From the human T2T-CHM13v2.0 reference genome, Homo sapiens, in assembly GCF_009914755.1 (NCBI RefSeq), contig NC_060929.1: a stretch of 64,000 bases of DNA; one strand, given 5' to 3'. Shown one piece after another: positions 60,911-64,000 of the stretch (within the stretch, counting starts at the first letter, position 1; each line of letters opens with the position of its first letter). The position numbers and the translations under genes are program-made. The notes under the pieces are model-generated. The model saw nothing but the letters and a program-made list of their open reading frames with translations, ran no database searches and was not told the origin of the DNA.

Positions 60911-61850
60911 GTGGTCAGGGTCCCGGATTTTGGCCATTCTATAATAATATGTGTGTACTGATATCTCAATGCTATTTTCATTTCCATTTTCCTGGCAACT
61001 TATGTGGAATATCTTTTCACATAATTATACCAAATGATGACAGGGATATGGAGCAACAGGAACTCTTATTCTTTGCTAGTAGGAATACAAAATGGTACAA
61101 ACACTTGGGAAGACAGTTTGGCAGTTTCTTATAAAACTTAACATATTTTTACTATAAGATCCAGCAGTAGTGCTTCTTGGTATTTACCCAAAATATTGAA
61201 AATCTGTGTTCAGACAAAAACCTGTACATGGAGGTTTTTAGCAGTTTTATCCGTAATTGCAAAAACTTAGAAGCAGCCAAGTTGTCCTTCAGTAGGTCAA
61301 TGGATAAATAAACCATGGTACATCTGGACAATGGGATATTATTAAGTGGTAAAAAGAGATGAGCTCTCAAGTCTTAGACATTTAAGAGCCTTAAATGCAT
61401 ATCACGAAGTGAAAGAAGCTAACTTGAAAAGGCTATGTACTATGTGATTCCAACGATATGGCACTCTGAAAAACGAAAAACTATGAAGACAGTAGAAACT
61501 CTGTGGTCGCCAGGGGCTAAAGTTGAGTATGCAGAGCACAGGATCTTTAGGGCAACAGAACTATTCTATATAATATGATACAGGTGGATGCATGTCATTA
61601 TACATTTGTCCAAACCCATACATTATGCAATATCAAGAGTAAACTTTAGTGTAAACTATGCAGTTTGGGTTATAATGATGTGTCAATGTAGGTTAATCGA
61701 TTGTAACAAATGTATAACTCTGGTGAGGGATGTTCATAATTGTGGAGGCAATTCATGTGTAGTGATAAGAAGTGTATGGGAAACTTCTGTACCTTTCTCT
61801 CAATTTGCTGTGAACAGAAACTACTCTAAAAGTAAAGTCTTTAAAAATCA
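60911..61850 (+). mobile_element. L1MC1-type 3' end with an inverted 5' segment (60911-61022 on -)
   Basis: Sense arm ataccaaatgatgacagggatatggagcaacagg ... caatttgctgtgaac; upstream antisense ggattttggccattcta...atatctcaatg...atcttttcaca. Confidence 0.85.
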
Positions 61851-62235
61851 ATCAATTATTCAATCAATCTGCAGAAATATAAGAATCCAAAATTTGTACT
61901 AAAATATAAAAATCCTGGGCTTTTTTTTGTTGGTAGGCTATTAATTACTGCCTCAATTTCAGAACTTGTTCTTGGTCTATTCAGGGATTCGACTTCTTCC
62001 TGGGAGGGTGTATGTGTCCAGGAATTTATCCGTTTCTTCTAGGTTTTCTAGTTTATTTGCGTAGAGGTGTTTATAGTATTCTCTGATGGTAGTTTGTATT
62101 TCTGTGGGATCAGTGGTGATTTTCCTTTTATCATTTTTGATTATGTCTACTTGTTTCTTCTCTCTTTTCTTCATCATTCTGGCTAGCGGTCTATCTATTT
62201 TGTTAATCTTTTCAAAAAACCAGCTCCTGGATTCA

Positions 62236-62409
<174 letters not shown>

Positions 62410-62665
62410 TCACCACACTTTCTCCCACAATGGTTGAACTAATTTATGCTCCCATCAAAAGTGTAAAAGTGTTCCTATTTCTCCACATCCTCTCCAGCAT
62501 CTCTTGTTTCCTGACTTTTTAATGATCGCCATTCTAACTGGCCCTGACTTTTAGATGGAAAACTGACAAACAGAAAGCAATAAAATCAACAAAAAGGATG
62601 CCCACGCAAAAACCCCATCCAAAGGTCATCAGCATCAAAGATCAAAGGTAGATAAATCCATAAAT

Positions 62666-63687
62666 ATGAGGAAAAACCAGCGCAAAAATACTGAAAATTC
62701 CAAAAACCAGAATGCTTCTTCTCCTCCAAAGGATCATGACTCCTCACCAGCAAGAGAACAAAACTGGACAGAGAATGAGTTTGACGAACTGATAGAAGTA
62801 GACTTCAGAAGGGGGGTAATAATGAAGTGCTCTGAGCTAAAGGAGCATGTTTTAACCCAATGGAAGGAAGCTAAGAACCTTGATAAAATGTTCTGGGAAC
62901 TGCTAACTAGAATAATCAGTTTAGAGAAGAACATAAATGACCTGATGGAGCTGAAAAACACAGCGTGAGAACTTCATGAAGCATACACAAGTATCAATAA
63001 CCGAATCCATCGAGCAGAAGAAAGGCTATCAGAGATTGAAGATAAACTTAATGAAATAAATCATGAAGACAAGATTAGAGAAAAAAGAATGAAAAGGAAG
63101 CAACAAAGCCTCCAAGAAATATGGGACTATGTGAAAAGACCAAACCTATGATTGATTGGTGTACCTGAAAGTGATGGGGAGAATGGAACCAAGTTGGAAA
63201 ACCCACTTCAGGATATTATCCGGAACTCCCCAGCCTGGCAAGACAGGCCAACATTCAAATTCAGGAAATACAGAGAACACTACTAAGATACTCCTCGAGA
63301 AGAGCAACCCCAACACACATAATCATCGGATTCACCAAGGTTGAAATGAAGGAGAAAATTTTAAGGATAGCCAGAGAGAAAGGTCAGGTTACCCACAAAG
63401 AGAAGCCCCTAAGTCTAACAGCAGATCTCTCCGCAGAAACCCTACAAGCCAGAAGAGAGTGGGGGCCAATATTAAACACTCTTAAAGAAAAGAATTTTCA
63501 ACCCAGAATTTTATAACCAGCCAAACTAAGCTTCATATGTGAAGGACAAATAAAATACTTTACAGACAAGCAAATGCTGAGGGATTTTGTCACCACCAGA
63601 CCTGCCTTACAAGAGCTCCTGAAGGAAGCACTAAATATGGAAAGGAAAAATTGGTACCAGCCACTGCAAAAACATACCAAAATATAA
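62666..63687 (+). pseudogene. ORF1: L1 ORF1p, disrupted (TGA at 62966; small deletion near 63222)
   Basis: N-terminus and coiled coil, EIWDYVKRPNL-like segment, and C-terminus ...ccactgcaaaaacataccaaaatataa. Confidence 0.92.
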
Positions 63688-63750
63688 AGACCAATGACAC
63701 TATGAAGAAACTACATCAACTAATGTGCAAAATAACCAGCTAGCATCATG

Positions 63751-64000
63751 ATGACAGGATCAAATTCACACATAATAATATTAACCTTAAATGTAAATGA
63801 GCTAAATGCCCCAATTAAAAGACACAGACTGGCAAATTGGGTAAAGAATCAAGACCCATCACTGTGCTGTATTCAGGATACCCATCTCATGTGCAAAAAT
63901 ACAGTAGGCTCAAAATAAAGGGATGGGGGAATATTTACCAAGCAAATGGAAAGCAAACAAACAAACAAACAAAAAAACAGGGGTTGCAATCCTAGTCTCT
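63751..64000 (+). pseudogene. ORF2: L1 ORF2 endonuclease N-terminus (partial)
   Basis: ATG ACA GGA TCA AAT TCA CAC ATA = MTGSNSHI; ILTLNVN; CCIQ; follows the inter-ORF spacer. Confidence 0.9.

Overview
This is AT-rich, CpG-depleted primate (very likely human) genomic DNA. It carries AluS/AluY, L1PA2, THE1, MER41-like and MER57-like elements. I found no host protein-coding exon, RNA gene, CRISPR array or prokaryotic system; almost every ORF in the track is either a decayed L1/ERV fragment or a chance ORF. Main content: (1) a 5'-inverted L1PA2 (24.5-27.5 kb) with intact twin-priming signatures; (2) a complete two-LTR MER57-type ERV1 provirus (28.5-35.1 kb) with 4-bp TSD, Leu-type PBS and gag/integrase/env remnants; (3) a long old L1M (41.7-47.6 kb) with nested LTRs; (4) several further inverted or scrambled L1s (50.4, 56.7, 60.9, 61.9-64 kb); (5) solo LTRs, MITEs, MIR/L2/L3 fragments and microsatellites. 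The best non-repeat candidates are a CpG-retaining, hairpin-forming motif cluster at 39.26-39.52 kb, a perfect palindrome carrying DUX4 sites at 59.07 kb, and an unexplained ~1.1-kb insert inside a Charlie1 fragment. I cannot support a claim of a new biological system. Subfamily names come from recalled consensus sequences and need RepeatMasker/Dfam confirmation.
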